Shown in pieces: positions 17,080 to 27,784 of a stretch of DNA of 64,000 nt; the first letter of the stretch is position 1; the number at the start of each line of letters is the position of its first letter. The stretch is taken from the NCBI GenBank assembly GCA_963829185.1, contig CAWHID010000032.1, positions 624 to 64,623 on the forward strand. Direction: 5' to 3'. The notes beneath the pieces were generated by a model. The model saw only the letters and a list, made by a program, of their open reading frames with translations, ran no database searches and had not been told where the DNA came from. This DNA is from an uncultured Conexibacteraceae bacterium. GTDB taxonomy: Bacteria > Actinomycetota > Thermoleophilia > Solirubrobacterales > Solirubrobacteraceae. The position numbers were made by a program, and so were the translations under genes.

Positions 17080-18934
17080 GCTGCAACACGACTGTTCCTG
17101 TGACATCGGTCCGCCCGCGCCAGCCTGCAGGGACGACGAGCGTCGCCTCCGGCAGCGCAACCACCACCGGCCCGGTGATCTCATCGTCGGTGGGTTGCTC
17201 GGTCTCCCAGACGACCTCGGGGCCGGGTTCCACGCGAGCGGTCCGGACCGTCACCAGCTCGACCTCGGCGCCGTCATCGCGGTAGCCGTAGCGCTCCTCG
17301 TGGGCGGCGGCGAAGGCCTCGCGCAAGGCGGCGGCGTCGGGCGCGACGTCGCGCAGCGAGAGCTCGTGGGACTGGCCGCTGTAGCGGGCGTCCCAGGTGA
17401 CCTCGTCGGCGTCGCCGGCGAGCGTGCGCAGGGCCTCATCGGTCAGCGCCTCGCCGCGCAGCAGGACCGAGCGCGCCGCGTCACGGCGCCGTTCGGCGGC
17501 GGCAAGCCCGAGCGCACTGAGCACCCCGGCGGCGCGCGGCACGACGATCCGAGTGATCCCCAGCTCGTCGGCGATCGCGGCGGCGTGCAGGGGGCCGGCG
17601 CCTCCGAAGGCCAGCAGCGCGAAGCGGCGCGGGTCGATCCCACGCTCAACGGTCACGACGCGCAGCGCGCGGACCATCTCGGTGTTGGCGACCCGCACAA
17701 TCCCCTCGGCGCATGTGCGCGCGTCCGGCAGCCCCAGCTCGCGCGCGAGCGCGGCCACCGCCTGCTCGGCGGCGTGACCGTCCAGCGTCACGCCGCCCGC
17801 CAGTGGCCGCTCTGCGTCGAGGTGGCCGAGCACCACGTTGGCGTCGGTGACCGTCGGCGCCGTCCCGCCGCGGCCGTAGCACGCGGGCCCCGGGTCGGCG
17901 CCCGCCGAGCGCGGGCCGACGCGCAGCGCGCCGCCCGCGTCGCGCCAGGCGATCGAGCCGCCGCCGGCGCCGACGGTGTGGATGTCGACCATCGGCAGCG
18001 CCAGCGGGCGACCGCCGATCTCACGACCGGCGCTGGCCCGCACGCGGCCGTCCTGCACGACGCACACATCGCACGACGTGCCGCCCATGTCAAAGCACAA
18101 GAGGTCGGGCTCGCCGAGCCGCGCCGAGAGCAGTGCGGCCGCGGCGGCACCGCCCGCCGGTCCGCTGAGCACGGTCAGCGCGGCGTGGCCGGCGGCGCCG
18201 ACGCTTGTCAGCCCGCCGCTGGACTGCATGATCGCCGGCTCCGGCAGGCCGTCGCCGGCCGCGCCCGCGACGAGCCGGCGCAGGTAGGTGGCCAGCAGCG
18301 GGGACAGCGCCGCGTCGACCTCGGTGGTCGCCGCGCGCTCGAACTCGCGGAACGTCGCGGTGACCTCGTGGGAGAGCGACACGTGGACCTTCTCGCCCAG
18401 CCGCGCGCGCAGCGCGTCGCCGAGCACGCGCTCGTGGGCCGGATGCCGGTAGGCGTGCAGCAGGACGACGGCGACCGCTTCAGGCTCCAGCGCCGCGACG
18501 CGCTCGGCTACCGCGGCCGCATCGGCGGCGGTCAGCTCCTTGAGCACGCCGTCGGGTCCCATGCGCTCGGGCACCGCGACGCGCCGGTCGGGCGGCACGA
18601 GCGGCGCCGGACGGTCGGCGCACAAGCGGTAGAGCTCAGGACGGGCTTGGCGGCCGAGCTCGACGATGTCGACGAAGCCTTCGGTAGCGCAGAGCACCGT
18701 CTGCGCGCCCGCGCCCTCCAGCAGCGCGTTGGTCGCGACGGTCATCCCGTGCGAGAAGGCGAGCACGTCGGCGGCGTCGCGGCCGCCCGCGGCCTCCAGC
18801 GCCGCGCGCACGGCATCGAGCACCCCGCGCGACTGGTCGGCCGGCGTCGTCGGCGCCTTGGCCGTGATCAGCCGCCCGCCGTCGACCAGCACGGCGTCGG
18901 TAAAGGTCCCTCCGACGTCGACCCCCAGCAGCAT
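17072..18934 (-). CDS. Hydantoinase A/oxoprolinase subunit
   Basis: GVDVGGTFTD, DMGGTS, GAGGGSIA, SAGADPGPACY and FGGAGPLHA. Confidence 0.93.
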   Translation of the reverse strand: MLLGVDVGGTFTDAVLVDGGRLITAKAPTTPADQSRGVLDAVRAALEAAGGRDAADVLAFSHGMTVATNALLEGAGAQTVLCATEGFVDIVELGRQARPELYRLCADRPAPLVPPDRRVAVPERMGPDGVLKELTAADAAAVAERVAALEPEAVAVVLLHAYRHPAHERVLGDALRARLGEKVHVSLSHEVTATFREFERAATTEVDAALSPLLATYLRRLVAGAAGDGLPEPAIMQSSGGLTSVGAAGHAALTVLSGPAGGAAAAALLSARLGEPDLLCFDMGGTSCDVCVVQDGRVRASAGREIGGRPLALPMVDIHTVGAGGGSIAWRDAGGALRVGPRSAGADPGPACYGRGGTAPTVTDANVVLGHLDAERPLAGGVTLDGHAAEQAVAALARELGLPDARTCAEGIVRVANTEMVRALRVVTVERGIDPRRFALLAFGGAGPLHAAAIADELGITRIVVPRAAGVLSALGLAAAERRRDAARSVLLRGEALTDEALRTLAGDADEVTWDARYSGQSHELSLRDVAPDAAALREAFAAAHEERYGYRDDGAEVELVTVRTARVEPGPEVVWETEQPTDDEITGPVVVALPEATLVVPAGWRGRTDVTGTVVLQRG

Positions 18935-19037
18935 CTGCCCGCCACGCTATCGCTGCGGGCCGCGACGTACGGACGCGGGCGGCTCCGATTGGCGAACCGT
19001 CCCGCGTCCTGGTGCTCCCTCCAAGCTTGGTGGCGCC

Positions 19038-19466
19038 TCAGGCGGCGATGGCCTCGCGGACGTCGACTTCCTCGGTCTCGGCGAGGTGCTGGTGCGACGG
19101 GCAGTAGCCGTTGAGCGGCAGCGGCATCCGCTGGCACGCGGTGCCGCGGCGCGTCGTGGCGCGACATTGCAACGGTTGGCCGTTGACGTCGATGCCGTTC
19201 TGCGGCAGGTGGTCCAGCCACTCCTCGGTGCAAGCGACATAGCGCTGAACGACCGTCCAGACACGCGGCTGCGCGGTCATGGGGAAGTAGCGGCGGATGT
19301 CCATAAACAGCGTTCGCGCCGGGCGCGCGAAGTAATGGCGGTCGCCGACCAGTCGCTCGATGTTCTGCTCGCAAGCGAGCAGGACGTGGTGGTGTGCCTC
19401 GTCGCAGACGGACGTGTCGACGTCCTTGGCGAGCTCCCGGTACATGGCCCTACTGAACTGGTACAT
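19038..19466 (-). CDS. Hypothetical protein with C-terminal CCCH-type zinc-finger motif
   Basis: MYQFSRAMYRELA... ending CRATTRRGTAC-x10-CPSH. GGGGGAG RBS upstream. Confidence 0.75.
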   Translation of the reverse strand: MYQFSRAMYRELAKDVDTSVCDEAHHHVLLACEQNIERLVGDRHYFARPARTLFMDIRRYFPMTAQPRVWTVVQRYVACTEEWLDHLPQNGIDVNGQPLQCRATTRRGTACQRMPLPLNGYCPSHQHLAETEEVDVREAIAA

Positions 19467-19621
19467 CGTCAACTCCCCCTGACCCTGGGATGGCTTCCTC
19501 CGCAACCGCCTGCATCGTGCCCCGGCCTTATGAAGCACCAACGCACTGTTTGTTGAATTCGCGTTAAGCGGGCGTCGGCGTTCAGCCAAGGATGGGCGGA
19601 GACGGGCGCTCCCGCTGGCGT

Positions 19622-21082
19622 TCAGGTCCAGGGCTCGAAGACCGGAGCGCCGCCGTTGCGGACGACGGCGTGATGGCCGTCGAGGGCGGGATCCGTCTCG
19701 GGGAAGTCACTGCGCACATGGGCTCCGCGGCTCTCCTGACGCAGGAGGGCACACGCGGCCACGAGCTGGGCCAGCGGATGCGGGTCGCCGGCGAGCTCGG
19801 CGAGGCCCGCGGCGTCGCGGGTCAGCCCCGCATGGCGCCAGAGCGCCGCGCGCGTGGACTGCGCCGGCGGTGCGATCGGTCCGGCCAGCGGTGGGTCTGC
19901 GGGGGCGACGTGCAGCCGCGGCTCGTCGAGGCCGGTCAGCGCGGCGCGCTTGCCCTGCACGAAGCACTCGGTCAACGAGTTGGAGGCCAGGCGGTTGGCG
20001 CCATGCAGGCCGGTGCACGCCGTCTCGCCGACGACATAGAGGCCCGGCACGCTGGAGGCGCCATCGAGGTCGGCGACCACGCCGCCCATGCAGAAGTGCG
20101 AGGCGGGGGAGACCGGGATCAGCTCGGTCGCCGGGTCCAGTCCCGACTCCCGTAGTGCGCCGACGATGTTGGGGAACAACATGGGATCGACGTGGCGCAT
20201 GTCGAGCCAGACGTTCTTGGTGCCCTGCTCGACCATCTTGCGCGAGACGGCGAGCGAGACCTCGTCGCGCGGCTTGAGCTCCTCGATAAACCGCTCGTGG
20301 CCGGCGTCCAGCAGCGTGGCGCCCTCGCCGCGGATCGCCTCGGTGACCAGGAAACCCTCGCGACCGGGAACGCCGGTGACGGCCGTCGGATGAAACTGGA
20401 CGAACTCCAGATCGGCTAGCGCGGCGCCGGCGGCGTGGGCGAGCATCAAGCCGATGCCGAGCGAGCCGGGCGGGTTGGTCGTCCGCGACCACAGCGCGGC
20501 GGCACCGCCCGTGGCCAGCACCGTGGCGCGCGCGCGAATCGCGCGGCCGTCCTCCAAGACGACGCCGACGCAGCGGCCGTCGACCGTCCACGGGGCGGCG
20601 GCTCGCGCTTGCTCGAGGACCTCGATGCGCGGCTCCTCGACGACGACCGCGCTGAGCTGGCGCACGACGCGCCGGCCGGTGGCGCTGCCGCCGGCGTGGA
20701 CGACGCGGCGATGTGAGTGGCCGCCTTCAAGGCCGAGCGCGAGCCCGCCCTTGCCGTCACCGTCGAAGGCGACGCCGAGCGCCTGGAGCTCGCGAACCGC
20801 GCGCGGCGCCTCCCGGCAAAGCAATTGGGCCGCGCTGCGGCGCACCGCGCCGCGTCCCGCGACCTCGGTGTCGCGCCGGTGCTGATCGGGCGAGTCGGCG
20901 GAATCGAGTGCGGCGGCGAGGCCTCCCTGGGCCCAATAGCTGGCGGTCTGCGCGAGCGGCGTCGCGGAGACCAGCGCGACGCGTGCGCCCGCCTGGGCCG
21001 CAGTCAGCGCGGCGTAGAGGCCCGCGGCGCCGGCGCCGACGACGGCGACCTCGGCGTCGACGATTGCGGGGGGTTCGACCAC
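19622..21082 (-). CDS. nadB: L-aspartate oxidase
   Basis: GAGAAG, SYWAQGG, LEGGHS, VQFHPT, TEAIRGEG and HGANRLASNSL. Confidence 0.9.
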   Translation of the reverse strand: MVEPPAIVDAEVAVVGAGAAGLYAALTAAQAGARVALVSATPLAQTASYWAQGGLAAALDSADSPDQHRRDTEVAGRGAVRRSAAQLLCREAPRAVRELQALGVAFDGDGKGGLALGLEGGHSHRRVVHAGGSATGRRVVRQLSAVVVEEPRIEVLEQARAAAPWTVDGRCVGVVLEDGRAIRARATVLATGGAAALWSRTTNPPGSLGIGLMLAHAAGAALADLEFVQFHPTAVTGVPGREGFLVTEAIRGEGATLLDAGHERFIEELKPRDEVSLAVSRKMVEQGTKNVWLDMRHVDPMLFPNIVGALRESGLDPATELIPVSPASHFCMGGVVADLDGASSVPGLYVVGETACTGLHGANRLASNSLTECFVQGKRAALTGLDEPRLHVAPADPPLAGPIAPPAQSTRAALWRHAGLTRDAAGLAELAGDPHPLAQLVAACALLRQESRGAHVRSDFPETDPALDGHHAVVRNGGAPVFEPWT

Positions 21083-21158
21083 GCGCCGTACCGTAGCGAC
21101 GGGGCCCTTGCGGGGACCTCGCGCGCGCTCCAACTACCCCGGGTACCGTACGCGCGAG

Positions 21159-22208
21159 ATGGCCGCTCCCGTCCTCTTTCACCATCCCTCGTCGCTGCGG
21201 CACGACCCGGGGCCGCATCCCGAGCAACCGGCGCGGATCGTCGCGATCGAGGACGCGCTGGAGGCGCGCGGCTGGCTGGGCTTCGAGCGGCAGTTGTCGC
21301 CGCAGGCCTCGCGCGCGCAGCTGGAGGCGGTCCATCCCGCGCAGCTGATCGACGCCGTGCGCGAGCTGTGTGAGGCCGGCGGGGGCGCGATTGATGCCGA
21401 CACGATCGTCTCGCCCGGATCGTGGGAGGCCGCGCTGCACAGCGCGGGCGGGGCGGTCGCGGCCGTCGACACGCTGCTGGCGGACTCCGCCGACGCTCCG
21501 CGGTTGGTTGTCTCGGTCCATCGTCCGCCGGGCCACCACGCCGAGATCCACCGCTCGATGGGGTTCTGCCTGTTCAACAGCGTGGCGGTCGCGGCGCGCC
21601 ACGCGCGGGATGCGCACGGCGTCGAGCGGGTGCTCATCCTCGACTTCGACGTCCACCACGGCAACGGCACCCAAGACGTTTTCTTGGCGACCGACGAGGT
21701 GCTGTTCGTGTCGATCCACCAGTGGCCGCTCTATCCGGGCACGGGCGCCGCGGGGGAGACCGGCACGGGTCCGGGCGCCGGCTACACGGTCAACCTGCCG
21801 GTGCCGCCAGGCTCGGGCGACGCGGCCTTCGGGTCGCTGGTCGAGCATGTCGCGGTCCCGCTCGCGCGCGCCTATGCGCCTGGGCTGATCCTTGTCTCGG
21901 CGGGCTTTGACGCCCACGCTGACGATCCGCTGGCCGGCTGCACGGTGACCGATGCGGGCTACGCGACGATGGGGGCGTCGATCCGGGCACTGGCCGATGA
22001 GCTTGACGTGCCGATCGGCGTGGTGCTGGAGGGCGGCTACGACCTCGGTGCGCTGTCGCGGGGGTTGATCGCGCTGTTGGAAGTGCTCGGCACCGACGAT
22101 CTGGTGAGCACTCCTGAGTTGCCAGTACACACGCTGAGCAAGGGTTTCCTGGCCCGGCACGCGGCGCTACTGGGCGGGTCAGCCGGTACTGCCCGGGACC
22201 GCCGTTGA
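21159..22208 (+). CDS. Histone deacetylase-family (Zn-dependent) deacetylase
   Basis: HPEQPAR, RPPGHHA, GFCLFN, DFDVHHGNGTQ, SAGFDAH and LEGGY. Confidence 0.93.
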   Translation: MAAPVLFHHPSSLRHDPGPHPEQPARIVAIEDALEARGWLGFERQLSPQASRAQLEAVHPAQLIDAVRELCEAGGGAIDADTIVSPGSWEAALHSAGGAVAAVDTLLADSADAPRLVVSVHRPPGHHAEIHRSMGFCLFNSVAVAARHARDAHGVERVLILDFDVHHGNGTQDVFLATDEVLFVSIHQWPLYPGTGAAGETGTGPGAGYTVNLPVPPGSGDAAFGSLVEHVAVPLARAYAPGLILVSAGFDAHADDPLAGCTVTDAGYATMGASIRALADELDVPIGVVLEGGYDLGALSRGLIALLEVLGTDDLVSTPELPVHTLSKGFLARHAALLGGSAGTARDRR

Positions 22209-22547
22209 CGCAGGCGCGGCCGTGGACGGGGCGGGGGCAACGGGGACGCTCTGGGTTGCGACGCTCTCGGCCGGCTGCGCGGGCGCGGTGGTCGCTGCGC
22301 TGACGCTGCCGTCGTCGCTGGTCAGGCTGGTGAACGCGAAGGCGAGCGCGAGGCCGGCGAGGAGGACCACCACGGCCACGAGCGCCATCGGCGCGCGCCA
22401 GTTCGGCGTCGGTGCCAGGCGCGTTCGCGCGGGCGCGCCGCACTCCAGGCACCAGTCCTGCTCGGGTGCGACGTTGGCTCCGCAGCGCGGGCAGCGCAGC
22501 GGCACGGGCTGGGGGCCCGTGGCGTGCGAGGGACCCTGGCCGCTCAT
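22179..22547 (-). CDS. Zinc-ribbon membrane protein
   Basis: CPRCG...CLECG, one TM helix and a Thr/Ala/Pro-rich tail. It overlaps the stop of the upstream ORF by 1 nt. Confidence 0.65.
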   Translation of the reverse strand: MSGQGPSHATGPQPVPLRCPRCGANVAPEQDWCLECGAPARTRLAPTPNWRAPMALVAVVVLLAGLALAFAFTSLTSDDGSVSAATTAPAQPAESVATQSVPVAPAPSTAAPASTAVPGSTG

Positions 22548-23326
22548 CAGGGCTCCGGATGCTCGCGCGGGGCGAGCGGGTCGCCGCTCGGGAGGCTCTG
22601 CTGGTCGTCGCGGCCGTTGCTGTTGGCGTCGACGAACGGGTGGGCTTGGGTGGCCTGATCGACGGGCGCGGGCGCCGGGGGTGGCTCCGGTGGGGCGGGG
22701 GGCGGCGGGTTGCCGGCCAGCGCGCCAGAGACTGGCGTCGTGGACTGCTCGGTGACGCTCAGCGGTAGCGCCTCCTGGGCGGGATCGACGGAAACGGTCG
22801 CGCCCATCCCGGACCCTGACGGGCCCGCCCCGCCGACCTCGACCATCGCCAGCGGTCCGCTGAACTGCGTGCCGCACTGGGGGCAGAAGCGCGCGTCGCT
22901 GCCGTGCAGGGCGCCGCAGCGCGGGCAGGCGGCAACGCCGGGCTCGCGCAGCTCGATGATGTCGCGGCGCTCGTTGAGCACCCGCTCGATCGCGCGCAGC
23001 TCGCGGTCGACGGCGTCAAGCGCGGCGAGCTTGCCGAGCACCAGCTCATCGTTGCGACGCGCGAAGCGATGGAGGTCGAACGCCAGGCCGCCGAGGTCGC
23101 GGAAGCCGAGCTCGCGGACACGGCGCAGATATCGCAGACGGCGCCGCAGCCGGCCGCGGTCGCGGAAGCTGGGGCGGGTCGGGGCGACGTCCTCGGGCGC
23201 GAGACCGGCGGGAAGCGGTGCGGCGGGTGGCGCCTGCGGGGGCGCCACGATCGTCGGCTGCGACTCCTGCGGGCTCGGGTCGGGTGGACGCCGGCTGGAG
23301 CGGATGCGGCGGAGGGGACCCTTCAT
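22547..23326 (-). CDS. Zinc-ribbon-domain protein with coiled-coil segment
   Basis: RELGFRDLGGLAFDLHR...CPRCG...FCPQCG, with Pro-rich ends. Confidence 0.72.
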   Translation of the reverse strand: MKGPLRRIRSSRRPPDPSPQESQPTIVAPPQAPPAAPLPAGLAPEDVAPTRPSFRDRGRLRRRLRYLRRVRELGFRDLGGLAFDLHRFARRNDELVLGKLAALDAVDRELRAIERVLNERRDIIELREPGVAACPRCGALHGSDARFCPQCGTQFSGPLAMVEVGGAGPSGSGMGATVSVDPAQEALPLSVTEQSTTPVSGALAGNPPPPAPPEPPPAPAPVDQATQAHPFVDANSNGRDDQQSLPSGDPLAPREHPEP

Positions 23327-23480
23327 AGGAAGAAGGCGCCTCTTCGGCGCCAGTCAGGACGATACCAGCGACTTCCGACACTGGCGCTGCGCAGGATCGT
23401 CACGTCCGCGCGTAGATCCGTCACGTGCTTAGGCGCAGCATCTCGGTCACTCCCGTTCACCCTCATCTATGGAGAGACTC

Positions 23481-23726
23481 ATGCACCGCGCCATTGGTTT
23501 CGCTCACGCGACCGTCCACCACCATCTGCAGCGTGCCCACCGGGCGGTTGCCGCACGCGAGGAAGGGCAGGGAACCGTCGAGTACATCGGCCTGATCCTG
23601 CTCCTAGCGGGCGTGATGGTCGCGGTCGTCAAGGCCGGCCACGACAGCTCGATCGCCTCGACGGTGGTCAAGAAGGTCCAGGACTCGATCGACGGCGTCG
23701 GCCAGGCGCCGGGCGCCAAGCGCTAA
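23481..23726 (+). CDS. Flp/type IVb pilin-like protein
   Basis: REEG/QGTVEYIGLILLLAGVMVAVV, a prepilin-type cleavage motif with Glu+5/Tyr and a hydrophobic helix. Confidence 0.7.
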   Translation: MHRAIGFAHATVHHHLQRAHRAVAAREEGQGTVEYIGLILLLAGVMVAVVKAGHDSSIASTVVKKVQDSIDGVGQAPGAKR

Positions 23727-23770
23727 GCCGCAGGCTGGGTGCGACGGCCATGACGCCTACGATGGGCTCC

Positions 23771-24652
23771 GTGTCTGCCGCCGATCCGCGCGATCGCCCC
23801 ATCGCCGTCTTTGACTCCGGTGTGGGCGGCCTCACCGTGCTGCACGAGCTGCTCGTCTCGCTGCCCCAAGAGGACTACATCTACCTGGGCGACAGCGCGC
23901 GCTTCCCCTACGGCCAGCGCAGCGTGCAGGAGCTGGAGCGCTTCGGGATGGACATCGCCGAAGAGTTGGTCGCGCGGCGGGCCAAGCTGCTGGTCGTCGC
24001 CTGCAACTCGATGACCGCCGCGGCGCTGCCGTCGCTGCAGCGGCGGATGCTCGAGACGACGCTCGGCGTCGAGGTCATCGGCGTCGTCAAGCCCGAGGCG
24101 GCACAGGCCGTGGCGGTGACGCGCAGCGGGCGCATCGGCCTGCTGGCCACGCCCGCGACGGTGGACTCCGGGGCCTACGAGCGCGCCGTCGCGGCGGTCG
24201 ACCCGCATGTCGACCTCGTCGCCGTCGCATGCCCCGACCTCGCGCCGCTGATCCAGGATCCGCCGGGCGGGGAGCTGTTCTCCCGCGAGCTGGAAGCGGT
24301 GGTGCGCGGCTACTGCGCGCCGCTGGTCGCAGCTGGTGTGGACACCGTGATCCTCGGCTGCACGCACTATCCGCTGGTGCGCTCGATGTTGCAGCGGATG
24401 CTCGGACGGTCGGTGACGATCGTGACCTCCGGCGCCGCGCTCGCACGCCAAGCCGAGCACGTCCTCGGCTCGCGCGGCCTTGCGTCGCGGCGCGAGGGCG
24501 AGGGCACCTACTCCTTCCTGTGCACCGGCGACGCCGAGGCGTTCCACGCGCACGGCACCCGCTTTCTGCAGATGCCGCTCACCGAGGTCGAGCATGTCGA
24601 CCTCGCTGGGCGCTCAACCACGACCGAGGTGTCCGCATGGCCACGACCGTAA
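23771..24652 (+). CDS. murI: Glutamate racemase
   Basis: FDSGVGGLTV, PYG, VVACNS and ILGCTHYP. The start may instead be 23750 or 23762. Confidence 0.95.
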   Translation: MSAADPRDRPIAVFDSGVGGLTVLHELLVSLPQEDYIYLGDSARFPYGQRSVQELERFGMDIAEELVARRAKLLVVACNSMTAAALPSLQRRMLETTLGVEVIGVVKPEAAQAVAVTRSGRIGLLATPATVDSGAYERAVAAVDPHVDLVAVACPDLAPLIQDPPGGELFSRELEAVVRGYCAPLVAAGVDTVILGCTHYPLVRSMLQRMLGRSVTIVTSGAALARQAEHVLGSRGLASRREGEGTYSFLCTGDAEAFHAHGTRFLQMPLTEVEHVDLAGRSTTTEVSAWPRP

Positions 24653-25391
24653 CCCGCTCCTATGACCGTGCGCCCGACGCCCTGCGGCCGGTGACGATCG
24701 AGCCCGGCTTCGTGCGCACCGCGTCGGGCTCGGCGCTGATCTCGATGGGCGAGACGCGCGATTATCTGCACGGCCTCGGCCCAGACCGGCGTGCCGCGCT
24801 GGCGGATGGGCAAGGGCCTGGGCTGGGTCACCGCCGAGTACGGGATGCTTCCGGCGTCGACGGGCGAGCGCAAGCAGCGCGACATCACCAAGGGCCGTGC
24901 CGACGGGCGCACGCGTCGAGATCCAGCGGCTGATCGGCCGCTCGCTGCGCGGCGTCGTGGACTTCGGCGCGCTGGGCGAGAACTCGATCTATCTGGACTG
25001 CGACGTGCTGCAGGCCGACGGCGGCACGCGGACGGCGTCGATCACCGGCGCGTACGTCGCGCTCGCGCTCGCCTGCGAGAAGCTCGTCGCCGCCGGCACG
25101 ATCACGCGCTCGCCACTGACCGGCTCGGTCGCGGCGATCTCCTGCGGGATCGTCGATGGCGTGGCGCTGCTCGATCTCGACTACCCCGAGGACTCCTCGG
25201 CCGAGGTCGACGCCAACGTCGTCATGACCGGCGAGGGCGGCCTGGTCGAAGTGCAGGCCACGGCCGAGGGCACGCCGCTGAGCCGCACCCACCTCGATGA
25301 GCTGCTGCATCTCGCCGAGGCCGGGATCGCGCGGCTGCGCGTGCTCCAGGACGACGCGATCGCGGCCGGCCGCGCCGGCGCCGCGGCGTAG
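24637..25391 (+). CDS. rph: Ribonuclease PH (two +1 frameshifts near 24760 and 24914, probably errors)
   Basis: [11 protein letters not shown] / ICTAS...[11 protein letters not shown] / [11 protein letters not shown]...[13 protein letters not shown], spread over three frames. Confidence 0.9.
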
Positions 25392-25405
25392 GGAACACCG
25401 CCACC

Positions 25406-25984
25406 ATGAAGCTCGTCCTCGCGACCCGCAACGACCACAAGGCGCACGAGTTCGCGGCGCTGCTGGCGCCCCACGAGGTCGTGGCGCTCCCGCCCGAGGT
25501 CGAGCTGCCGCCCGAGACCGGCACGACGTTCGCCGAGAACGCGCTCGGCAAGGCACGCGCCGCGGCCGCGGCGCTAGGCACGGTGGTCATCGCCGACGAC
25601 TCGGGAATCGAGTCCGCCGCGCTCGGCGGGCGTCCCGGCGTCTACTCCGCGCGCTTCGCCGGCGAGGACGCGACCGACGAGGAGAACCTCGCCAAGTTGC
25701 TGCGCGAGGCGCCAGCCGGCAGCGCGCTGGCCTACGTCTGCGTGATCGCGCTCGTCGATCCAGCCGCGGGCACCCAGCTGCTCTTCGAGGGTCGCTGCAC
25801 CGGCACGCTGGCGGCCCAGCCCCGTGGAGACGGCGGCTTCGGCTATGACCCGGCGTTCCTGCCCGACGACGAGATCGCGCCGCCGCCAGGGCGCACGATG
25901 GCGGAGCTGACGGCGGCCGAGAAGGGCGCGATCAGCCATCGCGGCCGTGCCGCGGCGCTACTGGCTGAGCACCTAGGGCCATGA
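25406..25984 (+). CDS. rdgB: Non-canonical purine NTP pyrophosphatase (RdgB/HAM1)
   Basis: LATRNDHK, ETGTTFAENA, ADDSG, PGVYSAR, GFGYDP and SHRGRA. Confidence 0.95.
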   Translation: MKLVLATRNDHKAHEFAALLAPHEVVALPPEVELPPETGTTFAENALGKARAAAAALGTVVIADDSGIESAALGGRPGVYSARFAGEDATDEENLAKLLREAPAGSALAYVCVIALVDPAAGTQLLFEGRCTGTLAAQPRGDGGFGYDPAFLPDDEIAPPPGRTMAELTAAEKGAISHRGRAAALLAEHLGP

Positions 25985-27449
25985 GGGCGCAGCGGGCGAG
26001 GTCCACCGGTGCTGGGGTCGGGCGCGACCCAACCGCGCGGGGTCCTGCTCCTTCGGAGCTGGCTAGCGCGTCGGCGCCCGGCGTTCTGCGCTCGGCGCTG
26101 GGCTCGGTGGTCGCGGCCGCGTTCCTGGTCACGCTCAAGCTCGTCGCCGGCCTCATCTCCGGCTCCCTGGGCCTGGTCGCCGAGGCGGTGCACTCGGGGA
26201 CCGACCTCGTCGCCGCGCTGCTCACCTTCCTCGCGCTGCGCGTCGCGATCCGGCCGCCGGACCGCGACCATCCCTACGGCCACGGCAAGGCCGAGCACCT
26301 CGCCGCCCTGGGCGAGGGCGGCTTCCTGGTCCTGGCCAGCGCGTTCATCGGCATCCAGGCGCTCGCGCGGCTGATCGAGGGCGGCAGCCACCATGTCGAC
26401 GCCGACGGCTGGATCTTCGGCGTGCTCGCCGTCGTGCTGGTCGTCGACGTGTCGCGGATGGTGGTCTCGCAGCGCGCGGCGCGGCGTCACGGCAGCCCGG
26501 CGCTGGCCTCCAACGCGCTGCACTTCGGCTCCGACATGGTCGGCACGATCGCGGTCCTGATCGGCCTGCTGTTCACGCGCGCCGGAACACCGGAGGCCGA
26601 CTCGGTTGCCGCGCTGCTCGTCGCGGTGCTCGTCGTCGTCGCGGCCGTGCGGCTGATGCGCCGCAACGTCAACGTACTGATGGACGCCACGCCCGGAGGA
26701 GGCGCAGGCCGCCGCGCGCGCGGCGATCGCCGACGCCGAGCCCGAGATCGAGTTGCGCCGCCTGCGCGTGCGTGCCGCCGCCGGGCGCAACTTCGTGGAG
26801 GCGACGGTCGCCGTGCCGCCCGACGCGGCGCTGGGAGAGGGGCACGCGGTCGCCGACTCGATCGAGGACGCGGTGCGCGGCGCGCTGCCCGGCAGCGACG
26901 TCGTCGTCCACGTCGAGCCCGGCGACTGGCGAAGGCGACCTGCGTGAGCGCGCCAGCGCGGCGGCGCTCACCGTCCGCGGCGTGCGCGAGGTCCACAACG
27001 TGCGCGTGGTCGACGTCGACGGACACCCGGAGCTGTCGCTGCACCTCAAGCTGCCCGCCGACCTGGACCTCGGCGCCGCGCACGACATCGCCTGCGCGGT
27101 CGAGGCCGCGATCCACGCCTCCGTGCCGGAGGTCGTCGACATCTACACCCACATCGAGCCACTCTCCACCGATGCCGAGGGCGCCGAGCCGCGGTGGGCC
27201 GAGGTCGCCGACGAGGAGCGGATCGTGCGCACCATCGTCCGCGACCTCACCGGCGGCCAGGCCGAGGCGCTGCGCTTCCGTGCTGGCGACGACGGGCTCG
27301 TCGTGCTGCTCACGGTTCGCCTAGACGGCGCGCAGACGCTCGACCAGGCCCACGACGTCGCCAGCGAGCTGGAGCGCCGGATCCGCGATCAGGCACCGGC
27401 GATCGACGAGGTCATCGTCCACACCGAACCTGGCGAACTCTCGCCCTGA
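25981..27449 (+). CDS. Cation diffusion facilitator with repeated C-terminal dimerisation domains (two +1 frameshifts near 26695 and 26920)
   Basis: AEAVHSGTD, DHPYGHGKAE, NALHFGSD, then VVVHVEP, YTHIEP and IVHTEP. Confidence 0.85.
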
Positions 27450-27494
27450 GGGCTCGTTCGCCGGTCCGGGAGCCTCGCAAGGTGACTGCTTACG

Positions 27495-27635
27495 TCAGCG
27501 CAGGTTGATCGCGGCCGACGCCGCCACGGCGGTGAAGAGCGCGGCGTAGCCCTGGTAATGCGACAGCAGCATCACGAGCGCTCCGATCAGGAGGGCCGCG
27601 ACGGTCACGAGCCAGGCGATGCGCTGCAGGGTCAT
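27495..27635 (-). CDS. Small 2-TM membrane protein
   Basis: MTLQRIAWLVTVAALLIGALVMLLSHYQGYAALFTAVAASAAINLR. Confidence 0.6.
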   Translation of the reverse strand: MTLQRIAWLVTVAALLIGALVMLLSHYQGYAALFTAVAASAAINLR

Positions 27636-27784
27636 CGAACGCGCATTCTGGCTGTTGGCGCCGACGACTGCAGCGCCGATCCGTCCGACTCCCACACCAC
27701 ACTGCCCGGCCGACCGCAGCCCAGAGCCTCACAGGCAGCGGTGCTAGCGTCGCCCCGCCTACGACCTCGACAGGAGGACCGCAA

